Source of the DNA: Synergistaceae bacterium
GTDB taxonomy: Bacteria > Synergistota > Synergistia > Synergistales > Aminobacteriaceae
Assembly: GCA_017445205.1 (NCBI GenBank)
Contig: JAFSUP010000023.1
Coordinates: forward strand, 1-59,319
DNA length: 59,319 nt
Reading direction: 5' to 3'
The notes under the pieces: generated by a model
Databases searched by the model: none
Told to the model about the DNA's origin: nothing
Seen by the model: the letters and a program-made list of their open reading frames with translations, nothing else
Program-made: the position numbers and the translations under genes
Shown: one piece after another, positions 17,883 to 25,858 of the stretch
Layout: each line of letters starts with the position of its first letter
Numbering within the stretch: position 1 is the first letter of the stretch

Positions 17883-20183
17883 TTAATCATTAATCTGGTC
17901 AAGAATGACGCCGGCCGCAACTGCGACTTTGTAAATTATGTCAACCGTGTCTTTAAGATTTTCGATAGCGTTTCGATCCGAGTATTTCACCGGTACTACG
18001 ATCGTATCGCCCGGCTCAATCTTCGCTGAATAACCTTTCGGTGCCTTCCATGGTGTTGACAACATGCCCGTGCGGCGCGTAAGTCGAATAACAGTTCCGT
18101 CACTCTTTAATAAATAAAGCATTCGCTTATGAGCTTCTTTTAACGCACCACCGGCAGCGCTGATATAAGAATTAATGCTCATGTTTTGGTTATAAAGATG
18201 GCTCGATGACGAATAAACCGCGCCAATGATACTCACTGTTATAGGCGTTGCCGGTATACTAAGCGCATCGCCGTTTTGAAGTTCGTAATCCCATTGAGTC
18301 CCGGCGATTGACTGCGGCGTATCAATTTTTGTGATAACGCGTCCCATAATCTCAATATCGCGAAGACTATCTACTAATTGTCTGCGTCGGCGAAGCTCAG
18401 ACTCTTGCATCGTGCCGTTTATCGCTTGTGCGCTTTGCAATAAGTCGCGCTCTAACTGGTCGGCCATCTGTTGTAAAGCTCTTCTCTGTTCTCTTGCCAC
18501 GCTCACGCGCGTGAAAATCGCTCCTCTTAAAAATGCCTGCGGCGTGAAGCCTCCGGCGCGTTCGATTAAATCAGAAAGTTTTTCGCCCGGGAACATTGAA
18601 TAACGCCCCGGCCTATGCACTTCGCCCCCAATCGTAACCCAAATTTGGCTTTTCCAGTCTGGGATCGTCAAGACCGTAATCATATCGTTCGCTTGAAGCG
18701 CGATATTATTTTGCGGATCCCCCTGCAAAGCTTGAAAAATATTAACCCTAAATCTTTCATGAACCGGGCCTTCAAGCGTGGGCGTTATTCGTGTTACTTC
18801 GGCAATGTCCGCGGCCGTAACGGTCAAGCCGCCCGCGCGGTTGATGACGTCTGCTATTTTCGTTTCACCGGGAACAATCGCGTAATCTCCTCCACGAACG
18901 ACAGGGCCGGTTATGCTGATTGTGGTGGATAGATTGAAGATTGGGAACAGCCTGATTATGTCGCCGTCGTGAAGTTCAAAGTTTTCAAATTCCTTGAGTG
19001 TGCCTTCAAAGGCGCTTGCGTAAGAATTTCCGAAGATTCGATAATATTGAACGCGGCCTTGGAAAGTCATTGCGTTTAATCCGCCGGCTGTGAATAAAAT
19101 ATCCTGAACTCTTGTTGTTCCGTTTAACTCGTAAACGCCCGGCATTTGGACTTCGCCCGCAACACCAACTAACGGCCCGACCGGCGGTATATAAATCACG
19201 TCTCCGGCTTCGAGCCTCATATCCTGCGTTTTGTCGCCTTTTAATAACATTGCGTACATGTCGAAGACTGCAATCGTGCGTCCGTTTCGTTTAAGTTCGA
19301 TTTTTCTAAGCGTTCCGTTTCGTGAAGGGCCTCCCGAAGCAAGCAAAGCGTTCACGAGCGTAGAGAATGAAGAAATCGTATAAGCGCCCGGCCGTGCGGC
19401 GTTTCCAGTTACATAGACCATAATCGAACTTAATTGTCCCATAGCGAGGTTCATTTGGAAGCCGGAGTAATATTGATTAAGTTTTGAACGAATGACGCTC
19501 TCGGCCTGCCCTAACGTTAAGCCTGCGAGCCTAACGACTCCGATTCGCGGGATTCGTGCCATTCCGTCGCGCTCGACAGTGAAATTAAAATTTCCTTCTT
19601 CGGGGATCCCCCATACAGAAAGCGTCATGCTGTCGCCTACATTAATTCTATAATCCATCGTTACAGGGACTGTATCGCGAGGCGCGAACGTCGAAGGCGC
19701 ATTTCTGAAAAAGGACATTCCGTAGCGTGGAAGACGTTGCATCAAAGTGCCCATAGCGTTGCCTTCGTTTGCGGAGGTTAAAATTTGTTCAAAAAATCCG
19801 TTGACATCTTGCGCGTCCATTGGGGTATCAAGATTCAAATTTGCCTGCGAGCCCGTTTGTGCTCCGGCTGTTGTGTCTATGTTTGGGTTAGTCGTATAGT
19901 GTTCAGGGCCACCGAATAAATTGCCCCCAAAATCCGTGGTGTTTTGTTGCGAACCGTAATTTTGAAAACCTGAGTTTGCGTTTGCGTCAACATTTACATT
20001 TGAAGCATTGCCGAATGAGGTAGCGCCTTCAGCAGGGGCAGCAGCCGGAGCCATTCCGGCAGGTGCAGTCGTTGCAGCGGGAGCTGCTGGGGCCATCACA
20101 GCAGCTGCGGACGCCATTGAGCACAACGCGAATAAAAACGCAATCGCAATTAAAATTTTTTTGTTCTTACACACAAAATTCAT
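17883..20183 (-). CDS. polysaccharide export protein (Poly_export domain plus multiple SLBB repeats, Wza-like)
   Basis: YRINVGDSMTLSVWG...GQAESVIRSKL matches the Poly_export domain, and SLBB-like units recur as GGL...GD.I.VP. The N-terminus has a signal sequence and an Ala/Pro low-complexity stretch. A GAGGTGA RBS precedes the ATG at 20183. Confidence 0.8.
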   Translation of the reverse strand: MNFVCKNKKILIAIAFLFALCSMASAAAVMAPAAPAATTAPAGMAPAAAPAEGATSFGNASNVNVDANANSGFQNYGSQQNTTDFGGNLFGGPEHYTTNPNIDTTAGAQTGSQANLNLDTPMDAQDVNGFFEQILTSANEGNAMGTLMQRLPRYGMSFFRNAPSTFAPRDTVPVTMDYRINVGDSMTLSVWGIPEEGNFNFTVERDGMARIPRIGVVRLAGLTLGQAESVIRSKLNQYYSGFQMNLAMGQLSSIMVYVTGNAARPGAYTISSFSTLVNALLASGGPSRNGTLRKIELKRNGRTIAVFDMYAMLLKGDKTQDMRLEAGDVIYIPPVGPLVGVAGEVQMPGVYELNGTTRVQDILFTAGGLNAMTFQGRVQYYRIFGNSYASAFEGTLKEFENFELHDGDIIRLFPIFNLSTTISITGPVVRGGDYAIVPGETKIADVINRAGGLTVTAADIAEVTRITPTLEGPVHERFRVNIFQALQGDPQNNIALQANDMITVLTIPDWKSQIWVTIGGEVHRPGRYSMFPGEKLSDLIERAGGFTPQAFLRGAIFTRVSVAREQRRALQQMADQLERDLLQSAQAINGTMQESELRRRRQLVDSLRDIEIMGRVITKIDTPQSIAGTQWDYELQNGDALSIPATPITVSIIGAVYSSSSHLYNQNMSINSYISAAGGALKEAHKRMLYLLKSDGTVIRLTRRTGMLSTPWKAPKGYSAKIEPGDTIVVPVKYSDRNAIENLKDTVDIIYKVAVAAGVILDQIND

Positions 20184-20235
20184 GAAAAAAATCACCTCAT
20201 TAAAATTTTTTCTTAGTGTCTAAAATTCTTAATCT

Positions 20236-22389
20236 CTAATGAAAAATATACTCAAGCAAACTCGTTACAGTTTTTGAATCCTGCTCACGCTCTTCTTCAA
20301 ATGAGCAATACTCGCGCAACATCTTCTCGACGTTCTTTTTCATTGCGACAGGGCGCAACTGATTCATCATTCGTTCAGGAGTTCTAAGCGTAGCGCCTTC
20401 GCGAGCCGAGTGCATGTAATATTGTGAAAGTAAAATCGTGTTTTGTTCCCAAATGTGCGAACTTGAATTTCCGAACATCGTCCCGAGCCATTTCTCCGCA
20501 GGAATTTCAAGATGAACGCCCGCTTTCGTGAAGCTCTTGTCGGGAGCGTCTCTGTCAGCGTCAACAATCCAGAAGCCAATCGCTGTGTCGTCCCAATGAC
20601 GAGTGATTTCATATTTGAAGCCGCGATCTCTATCGATGTATTGCCCCCATGAGAGATTGAGGTCAAGGTCGAGCGCGTCAAGATGATAGCCAGCCTGAAG
20701 CCAGCCTGTGTAATACCATTCGCTGCCTTCGACAACGTGAAGATCCCACATGCGTCCGTATAAGTACGCGAGAACGCCATCTGCAAATCCCGCGAATGAA
20801 TACGGATCTCTGTCGCGGAAGAGTCCAAGGCGCGCGCCGATCCACCAACTGCCGTCGCCTCCGTAATATCGCGCCCAAGCGTTCAGGCCGAACCATTCTT
20901 CATCAAGCCAACCGCCGTCAGCAAAGAACCACGCGCGGCCGTTTTTTGAATATTTGTTCGCATACATTAAGCCGGCTTTTTGAAGCCTGATTTTGTCGTT
21001 CAAATCTTTTTCCCAATATATTCCCATATAGTCCGAAGTGTCTACATGATCGATAATCGGGAAACGAACATCAACGATCGACTGCCAGCCGTTTTTATAA
21101 CGACCTTGATAAACTAAATCTATGTTCCATCTATCCATATAGGCTTCCCATAATGTCTGGTCTAAGCGAGGCTCATAAACGACCATGGCTTTAAGTTCGT
21201 GCTTGGCTTTTTTATCGAGGAGATTTTTAGCGTCAGGCTCTTCGATTGCTTTAGATGAATCGACCCAGCCGAAAATGGCGGTCTTCATTGGGTCTTCTTT
21301 GCGAAGGCTTCGGGTGCGAATGTCAAATAATAAATTTCCGGGAAAAGTGGCTTTTACGACAGGGATACCCGCGTTTTTGTGAATAAGAGTGAGTTCGTCA
21401 ATGTCAGGCATGACTGCGGACAACAAAACTAAAATTCGTGTCATGGCTTCGGCGTGTGAAGAGTAACCGTAATTTTCGTAAGCTAAATATAAATTATGCT
21501 GTTTCTTGTCTGACTCTATTTTTACATCGACGTCGCGAACGCGGACATACTTTTCAATTCCGTTCTTAATTCGCGAAATTAATTTATCTTTTTCTAAACC
21601 GTCCCAACATGGAACGCGGGCATCGCCGGGAGTGTCAAAAGTTTTTCTGTGATTTCCAATGTAAGGCCCGGCTAGGTCGATTCGCTGCGAAATTCCAAAG
21701 ACCCATTCGCGCCCACGCTGATAACTCACGGCTGCTTCTGTTCCCCAAGGAGCTTTTATGACGAGTCCGGCATTATATTTTTTCTTTGGTAGTTTATCGT
21801 CAGTCAGAACGCGGCGGCCGCTCACAATGTCTTGCTTGTAATCGAGTGGGCTATACTCGGCCTTTAGGGTTAGCCAGTTGTCGATGTCCCATTCTACACC
21901 GCCGAAGACGCCGTTTAATCTGTCAGAGCCGTAGCCGATCGTCGCGGCAAATTTTCCATAACGCCACGTCGCAGCGCCGTAGTAAGCTTTCATTAATTCT
22001 GTGCCCATCATGTCAACGACTCCGCCAGCAAGCGAAGGGAGATACCACTTATCGGGGTCCTTCGTGTGCCATAACATGAATTTCAAATCTATAGCCTTGT
22101 CCATATAACGGCGTCCTTGGCCAGTGTAAATGCTATTGAAAGTGTCGAAGCGCGCGTTGACTTCGAGCCAAGGCAGCCACGCTAAATCTAAAAAATAAAA
22201 TCCGTAAGGAGTTGCCTTCGTTAAGCCGAATCGCCCCTGACCATCACCAGGCATTTCGGCTGTAGGATACTCCCACAGACCTGTAAGTCCAGTATTGCTC
22301 GCCGTGATAGCGAATGCGTAATCTTCAGATATAAAAATAAAAATCGTGAATAAAATTAGAAAGATAAAAGTCAGAAAGCCCCTGCGCAA
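20236..22389 (-). CDS. YjbH/GfcD-family outer-membrane exopolysaccharide protein
   Basis: Collinear similarity to E. coli YjbH as I recall it: LPWLEVNARF vs LFPWLETTLRY, DKAIDLKFMLW vs DKAFDLKLRLW, and VFGGVEW...LKAEY vs LFGGVEY...LKLEY. The start is TTG with an AAGGAGAG RBS. Confidence 0.75.
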   Translation of the reverse strand: MRRGFLTFIFLILFTIFIFISEDYAFAITASNTGLTGLWEYPTAEMPGDGQGRFGLTKATPYGFYFLDLAWLPWLEVNARFDTFNSIYTGQGRRYMDKAIDLKFMLWHTKDPDKWYLPSLAGGVVDMMGTELMKAYYGAATWRYGKFAATIGYGSDRLNGVFGGVEWDIDNWLTLKAEYSPLDYKQDIVSGRRVLTDDKLPKKKYNAGLVIKAPWGTEAAVSYQRGREWVFGISQRIDLAGPYIGNHRKTFDTPGDARVPCWDGLEKDKLISRIKNGIEKYVRVRDVDVKIESDKKQHNLYLAYENYGYSSHAEAMTRILVLLSAVMPDIDELTLIHKNAGIPVVKATFPGNLLFDIRTRSLRKEDPMKTAIFGWVDSSKAIEEPDAKNLLDKKAKHELKAMVVYEPRLDQTLWEAYMDRWNIDLVYQGRYKNGWQSIVDVRFPIIDHVDTSDYMGIYWEKDLNDKIRLQKAGLMYANKYSKNGRAWFFADGGWLDEEWFGLNAWARYYGGDGSWWIGARLGLFRDRDPYSFAGFADGVLAYLYGRMWDLHVVEGSEWYYTGWLQAGYHLDALDLDLNLSWGQYIDRDRGFKYEITRHWDDTAIGFWIVDADRDAPDKSFTKAGVHLEIPAEKWLGTMFGNSSSHIWEQNTILLSQYYMHSAREGATLRTPERMMNQLRPVAMKKNVEKMLREYCSFEEEREQDSKTVTSLLEYIFH

Positions 22390-22470
22390 ATTAAAATCTC
22401 TCCTTAAAAAATTTTTTATATTTTACACTATAGCAAGTAATTATAAACACCGACGCTTCAAACTGAAGAG

Positions 22471-22516
22471 CCGCGCCCGAAGCTCGGGGTGGGTGGGTGG
22501 GAGAGCGAGGGCGCGG
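22471..22516 (+). other. GC-rich hairpin whose loop is a GGGGTGGGTGGGTGGG G-quadruplex motif
   Basis: CCGCGCCC pairs with GGGCGCGG and GCTC with GAGC. These stems enclose the G-tract at 22486-22501. Confidence 0.7.
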
Positions 22517-22524
22517 AGAAAACA

Positions 22525-22553
22525 TTGACGCAACTGAAAGCCGCAATTAAAAT
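22525..22553 (+). promoter_or_regulatory. sigma70-type promoter TTGACG-N17-TAAAAT upstream of purB
   Basis: Hexamers and 17-nt spacing were read directly. Confidence 0.5.
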
Positions 22554-22596
22554 TTGAACGAATACTAAAAATTTTTTAATGGAGATATTTTTTAAT

Positions 22597-23895
22597 ATGA
22601 TAGAAAGATATTCAGAGCGTGATATTTCAAACCTCTGGGACGAATATAATCGCCTCAAAGTCATGCTTGACGTCGAGCTCGCTGTCTGCAAAGCGTGGGC
22701 AGAGGCTGGCCGAATCCCTCAAGATGCCCTCGAAGACATCTTAGCTAACGCTTCTTTCACTGTTGAACGCGTTCAAGAGATTGAAAAGAAAACTCAACAT
22801 GACGTCGTCGCCTTCGTTAGCGCCGTTGCCGAAAACATTGGAGAGAATGGCCGCTATTTGCATTTGGGAATGACGAGCAGCGACATCTTAGACACAGCTA
22901 GCTCAATCATGTTGCGCGATTCGCTTGATATTATCATTCGCGCCCTTGATGAACTTGATTTTGTTGTCGCAGAACTTGCAAAAAAATATAAATACCTTCC
23001 CACGATCGGACGCACTCACGGAATCCACGCCGAGCCTATCTCGATGGGATTAAAATTTTTGAACTGGCACGCCGAATTATTGCGCGACAAAGATCGACTT
23101 CAGAACGCCCGCAAAGATGTTTCAGCCGGGAAAATTTCCGGGGCTGTTGGAACTTACGCAATGTGTTCGCCGCAACTCGAAGCGCGAGTGTGTGAACTTC
23201 TTGGCCTCGAACATGCTAAAGTCTCGAATCAAATCTTACAGCGTGATCGCCACGCCGGAGTTTTGAACGCTCTTGCTTTAATGGGCTGCACTCTCGAAAG
23301 AATGGCGCTTGAAATTCGTAACTTGCAACGCACCGAAGTCCGCGAAGCCTTTGAGCCTTTCGGTGTCGGTCAGAAGGGCTCCAGCGCGATGCCTCATAAA
23401 CGAAATCCGATTAAATGCGAACGTATCTGCGGAATGTCAAGATTGTTGCGCGGCTATGCTATTACGGGAATGGAAAACGTAGCCTTGTGGCACGAGCGCG
23501 ATATCAGCCACTCATCAACCGAGCGCGTTATATGGCCGGACGCATTTAATATAGCGGCTTTCATGTTGCGAAGCATGACGAAAATTTTGAAAGGCCTGAC
23601 GATTGACGAGATCCGCGTGAAAGAAAACATAAACCAAACAAACGGGCTTGTTTATAGTCAGCGTGTCTTGACGTTCTTGCTTGACGAATTGCAATTATCG
23701 CGAGAGGACGCTTACGCGATTGTTCAAGAGAACGCAATGAAGACGGCTTCAAGCGGAGTAGCGTTCTTTGATTTATTGCGGACAGACCCGAGATTAAAAG
23801 ACGTTGACCCCGAACGCCTTCAAGAATTATTTGAGAATGATTTTTATCTGCGCTATGTCGATGAAATTTTTGCGCGCTTCTTTGATGAAGAATAA
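22597..23895 (+). CDS. purB: adenylosuccinate lyase
   Basis: MIERYSERDISNLW start, the GSSAMPHKRNP signature and a GGAG RBS 12 nt upstream of the ATG at 22597. Confidence 0.9.
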   Translation: MIERYSERDISNLWDEYNRLKVMLDVELAVCKAWAEAGRIPQDALEDILANASFTVERVQEIEKKTQHDVVAFVSAVAENIGENGRYLHLGMTSSDILDTASSIMLRDSLDIIIRALDELDFVVAELAKKYKYLPTIGRTHGIHAEPISMGLKFLNWHAELLRDKDRLQNARKDVSAGKISGAVGTYAMCSPQLEARVCELLGLEHAKVSNQILQRDRHAGVLNALALMGCTLERMALEIRNLQRTEVREAFEPFGVGQKGSSAMPHKRNPIKCERICGMSRLLRGYAITGMENVALWHERDISHSSTERVIWPDAFNIAAFMLRSMTKILKGLTIDEIRVKENINQTNGLVYSQRVLTFLLDELQLSREDAYAIVQENAMKTASSGVAFFDLLRTDPRLKDVDPERLQELFENDFYLRYVDEIFARFFDEE

Positions 23896-23915
23896 TTTTT
23901 GAATTTTAAAAAAAG

Positions 23916-23950
23916 AGCTCCCGGAAAATCCCGGGAGTTTTAATTTTTTC
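23916..23950. terminator. bidirectional terminator between purB and the orphan islet
   Basis: CTCCCGG-AAAATC-CCGGGAG flanked by A and T tracts. Confidence 0.6.
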
Positions 23951-23953
23951 GTT

Positions 23954-24394
23954 TTAGTTCAGTTTCACAAGTCCGCCGTTTTGAGTTTTGATTTCGACTT
24001 CGCCGACTTCGTAAAAATTTGGGGCGTTTTGAGGATAAACGTAGCAATCCATGATGCGTTTGGTGCGCTTGAGCCAGTCTTTTATCATGTCCCATTCTTC
24101 CGGGTGAGGTGTAACGCACAGAAGAACGTTAAGACAGTCGAGCCAATTTCCAGCGCGAATTACATGATAGACGAGCCAGCCGGTTTCTTTTTCAATTTTT
24201 TTGATGTCCTCGAAGATTATGTCGCTGCCTTTTGTAACTTTGTAGATTGAAGTCAACTCTCCGTAGTTTTCGTTTTCAGAGAGATAAATTACCGAAGTTT
24301 TTTTCTGAAAATCGCTGATGATTTGTTCATCAAGTCCCAACAATTTCATGCGCTCGATTGCTTCTTGTTTCATGTCGCTTTTTTTGACTGCCAT
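23954..24394 (-). CDS. hypothetical protein (146 aa)
   Basis: A GGAGG RBS lies 9 nt before the ATG. I recognise no family. Confidence 0.45.
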   Translation of the reverse strand: MAVKKSDMKQEAIERMKLLGLDEQIISDFQKKTSVIYLSENENYGELTSIYKVTKGSDIIFEDIKKIEKETGWLVYHVIRAGNWLDCLNVLLCVTPHPEEWDMIKDWLKRTKRIMDCYVYPQNAPNFYEVGEVEIKTQNGGLVKLN

Positions 24395-24419
24395 ATTAAA
24401 AAATCCTCCATTAAAAAAT

Positions 24420-24632
24420 TTACGAATTTTTTTGCCTCATCATGGCTTCTTCAGCTTCCGCAAGCCACAAATAATCGCCGCGTTTCATGTAAATGTCGAT
24501 AAGTTCATCGGCTTTATCTTGCTCTCCCATGTCGATATAAATGTGAGAAAGTTCTATCATTGCCGCAAAGTCTCCGTCTTCGACAAAGGCTTTTCTTAAT
24601 CGCGCTATTTTATCTTCGTCATATTTTTTCAA
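24420..24632 (-). CDS. hypothetical helical-repeat (TPR-like) protein (70 aa)
   Basis: A 4-nt ATGA overlap links it to the upstream ORF. The sequence is an acidic helical hairpin. Confidence 0.4.
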   Translation of the reverse strand: MKKYDEDKIARLRKAFVEDGDFAAMIELSHIYIDMGEQDKADELIDIYMKRGDYLWLAEAEEAMMRQKNS

Positions 24633-25027
24633 ATTTTTTCCTCGGACATAACTTTAATTATCATTGTCGCTTTACTTTCGTCTTTTTCGTAACAAGTCGC
24701 GACTGTGAAAATTTTGCTGTTCACGGACTTTTTGACATCATTCGGAACATAACCGAACGGTTCTAACACAAATTTTTGCATTCGACCGACTGCTTGACGT
24801 TCAAAATTTGATGCAGAAAAATTGCTTTGCGTTTTTGAGACGTAATCTTCAATTTTCTTGATACTCGCTGATAATGCGGGCTTGCCGTTTTCAATCGCTA
24901 AAATTGCCGCGAAAATTTGAGCGTCTTCGTTGAGAATGTCAAAAATTTTTTGAGCGTCAACATCATTTTGAAGTTTCGCCAACATCGAATTTGAGTTTAT
25001 AAAGCTCTGAAAATCTGCTTTAGGCAT
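24629..25027 (-). CDS. hypothetical protein (132 aa)
   Basis: An AAGGAG RBS precedes the ATG, and the gene lies downstream of promoter cassette R1. Confidence 0.45.
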   Translation of the reverse strand: MPKADFQSFINSNSMLAKLQNDVDAQKIFDILNEDAQIFAAILAIENGKPALSASIKKIEDYVSKTQSNFSASNFERQAVGRMQKFVLEPFGYVPNDVKKSVNSKIFTVATCYEKDESKATMIIKVMSEEKI

Positions 25028-25069
25028 TTATCACATCTCCTTTCTTAATTTTTAATCGTTGTTTGTGTG

Positions 25070-25130
25070 AGGCCTCATCAACAACGTGAAAAGATTATAA
25101 AGTACTAGGTTCAATTTGTCAACCTTGTAA
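25070..25130 (-). promoter_or_regulatory. 61-bp promoter cassette R1 (TTGACA-N17-TATAAT plus conserved leader)
   Basis: On the minus strand, TTGACA is at 25122-25117 and TATAAT at 25099-25094. R1 is about 87 percent identical to R2. Confidence 0.7.
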
Positions 25131-25132
25131 TT

Positions 25133-25687
25133 TTATTCGTAAGCTACTCCTTGGGTTACGTTGTATTTTTTTGAAGGACGCAGATAACTCGAAGTCAGTT
25201 TTTTGCCCTCATAATAATGGTAATACAAATAATCTTTGCTAGTATACAAACAATATTTATAATACATTCCCACAGACAGTCCAATGTCTTTAAGAACAAG
25301 GTAGTCTTTATTTTCTCCTTCCGGACTTTGCCACGCCCTCACTTCAAATTCTCCCGATTGAAACTCATTAGGAACCGGCGCAACTTCATAAAGAGGTTCA
25401 TCGTAATCATCACCATCACGAATTTTTTGAAGCGGCTTAAGAGCTATGCTGCGCAGTCTGACAAAAGTTTTTGCTCTTAATCCTGTTACTTGATAAAATT
25501 GTGTCAGTGAATAACTCTTCTGTGGTAACCATTCGTAGTCACGATGAAGACTATTAAACTGATAAAAAATATCTCCAATCTTGATATCATGGTTAGTGTG
25601 GAGTTTCCATTTTATGAAAACGTGGCGAAGGCTTGAAAAATATCTTTTTCTATGTTGTTCCGTGGCGCACTCTTTGACTTCTTCCAT
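25133..25687 (-). CDS. hypothetical Tyr-rich protein (184 aa)
   Basis: An AAGGAGCAG RBS precedes the ATG, and the gene lies downstream of promoter cassette R2. Confidence 0.45.
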   Translation of the reverse strand: MEEVKECATEQHRKRYFSSLRHVFIKWKLHTNHDIKIGDIFYQFNSLHRDYEWLPQKSYSLTQFYQVTGLRAKTFVRLRSIALKPLQKIRDGDDYDEPLYEVAPVPNEFQSGEFEVRAWQSPEGENKDYLVLKDIGLSVGMYYKYCLYTSKDYLYYHYYEGKKLTSSYLRPSKKYNVTQGVAYE

Positions 25688-25725
25688 TCGGCTGCTCCTT
25701 AAATTTGAAAAATGTTTTTTAGTAA

Positions 25726-25786
25726 AGGCCTCATCAACAACGTAAAAATATTATAAAATTAAAGGTTTAATTTGTCAACCTTATAA
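25726..25786 (-). promoter_or_regulatory. 61-bp promoter cassette R2 (TTGACA-N17-TATAAT plus conserved leader)
   Basis: On the minus strand, TTGACA is at 25778-25773 and TATAAT at 25755-25750. Confidence 0.7.
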
Positions 25787-25796
25787 AAATTAATTT

Positions 25797-25825
25797 TTGG
25801 CAAATTCTCAAAGAATTGTTATAGT
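25797..25825 (+). promoter_or_regulatory. sigma70-type promoter TTGGCA-N17-TATAGT upstream of miaB
   Basis: Read directly. It is divergent from R2. Confidence 0.45.
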
Positions 25826-25858
25826 TATGAAAAATTTATATTGCTTATGGGAGAATAA

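Noticed and set aside
22390-22578. Purine, ZTP or PRPP-type riboswitch upstream of purB
   Set aside because: The GC hairpin lies upstream of the best promoter rather than in the leader. None of the conserved cores of those riboswitch classes is recognisable.
22458-22691. 77-aa minus-strand ORF spanning the G4 hairpin and the purB start
   Set aside because: It overlaps the purB start and promoter on the opposite strand, and it has no RBS.
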